From contig JACCYJ010000093.1 in the NCBI GenBank assembly GCA_013696555.1, positions 1 to 54,818 of the forward strand: a stretch of DNA of 54,818 bases, read 5' to 3'. The DNA comes from Nocardioidaceae bacterium (GTDB lineage Bacteria; Actinomycetota; Actinomycetes; Propionibacteriales; Nocardioidaceae). The translations under genes and the position numbers were made by a program. The stretch's first letter is position 1; every line of letters begins with the position of its first letter. Positions 54,390-54,818 of this stretch are shown here, one piece after another. Below the pieces are notes generated by a model. That model ran no database searches and was not told the origin of the DNA. It worked only from the letters and a program-made list of their open reading frames with translations.

Positions 54390-54818
54390 ATGTTCGATCT
54401 TATGCGGGACGCAGGCGAGCTGTTCGGTGGCGCTGAACTGCCGAGGACGGCGGAGTCGCAGATTGAGCGGATTGCGGCGTGGGAGCGGGTGATCGCGCAC
54501 GCGCATGCCCAGCAGGCGCGGGTGATCGCCGGTTTCGTGTCCCGACGTGCCGCCGAGGACCGGGCTGCCGGAGTGTGCTCGTCTGATGCGGGTAAGTACG
54601 CGGCGGAGGAGGTTGCGTTGGCCCGCCGGGTCTCGCCGACGTCGGCGGGGCATCAGATCGAGTTTGCGCAGGGGCTGGTTGCGCATCATCCGGCGACGTT
54701 GGCGGCGATGCTGGACGGGGCGATCAGCATGCCCGCGGCCCGAACCGTGGTGTCTGAGTGTGAGGTGCTGGATCCGGTGGCTCGCCGAGTCGTTGACGCT
54801 GCCATCGCACTTGAGGCG
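54390..54818 (+). CDS. DUF222-domain (13E12-repeat / HNH endonuclease family) protein, 3'-partial
   Basis: Manual translation from ATG 54390: MFDLMRDAGELFGGAELPRTAESQIERIAAWERVIAHAHAQQARVIAGF..AEEVALARRVSPTSAGHQIEFAQGLVAHHPATLAAMLDGAISMPAARTV.., the typical DUF222 N-terminal region. The frame is open to the window end and is not in the ORF track. Confidence 0.7.
   Translation, partial: MFDLMRDAGELFGGAELPRTAESQIERIAAWERVIAHAHAQQARVIAGFVSRRAAEDRAAGVCSSDAGKYAAEEVALARRVSPTSAGHQIEFAQGLVAHHPATLAAMLDGAISMPAARTVVSECEVLDPVARRVVDAAIALEA

Overview
The window is gene-dense and very G+C-rich (judged by eye, not computed), with actinobacterial-type proteins throughout. No rRNA, tRNA or CRISPR array was seen.

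Gene content, left to right:
- Two convergent giant cyclase / P-loop NTPase / TPR signalling proteins flank an IS256 transposase relic.
- A tandem-GNAT gene is followed by a translationally coupled recC-recB-recD operon.
- A small islet of DNA-transaction genes follows: a truncated RHH antitoxin with a palindromic operator, a SAM methyltransferase, an HTH protein with homing-endonuclease-associated repeats, dinB, a Uma2 nuclease, and an ERCC4 nuclease fused to an Lsr2-type DNA-binding tail.
- Housekeeping and metabolic genes come next: DUF445, a lytic transglycosylase, GH65 phosphorylase with beta-phosphoglucomutase, VIT1, sthA, an FGGY kinase, carbamate kinase, an iron-type ABC importer, an RCC1 propeller, PepSY, an OmpR/HK pair with an acyl-ACP desaturase, DUF72, an SDR with a QueA-like gene, and CYTH-CHAD.
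- The right end holds a flavoprotein disulfide reductase, a single 930-codon ORF fusing aminopeptidase C to succinate-semialdehyde dehydrogenase, and the 5' end of a DUF222/HNH gene.

Most unusual observations:
1. The ERCC4 nuclease carrying an Lsr2-like AT-rich-DNA-binding tail, divergent from a Uma2 nuclease.
2. The PepC-GabD fusion ORF.
3. A 63-nt repeat with terminal inverted repeats, present in four copies just after or across gene 3' ends. One copy supplies the C-terminus and stop codon of a gene.
4. A hypA / DUF6390 deletion chimera.
5. The convergent cyclase-NTPase-TPR pair.

All functional calls rest on motif recognition in the supplied translations. No database search was run.
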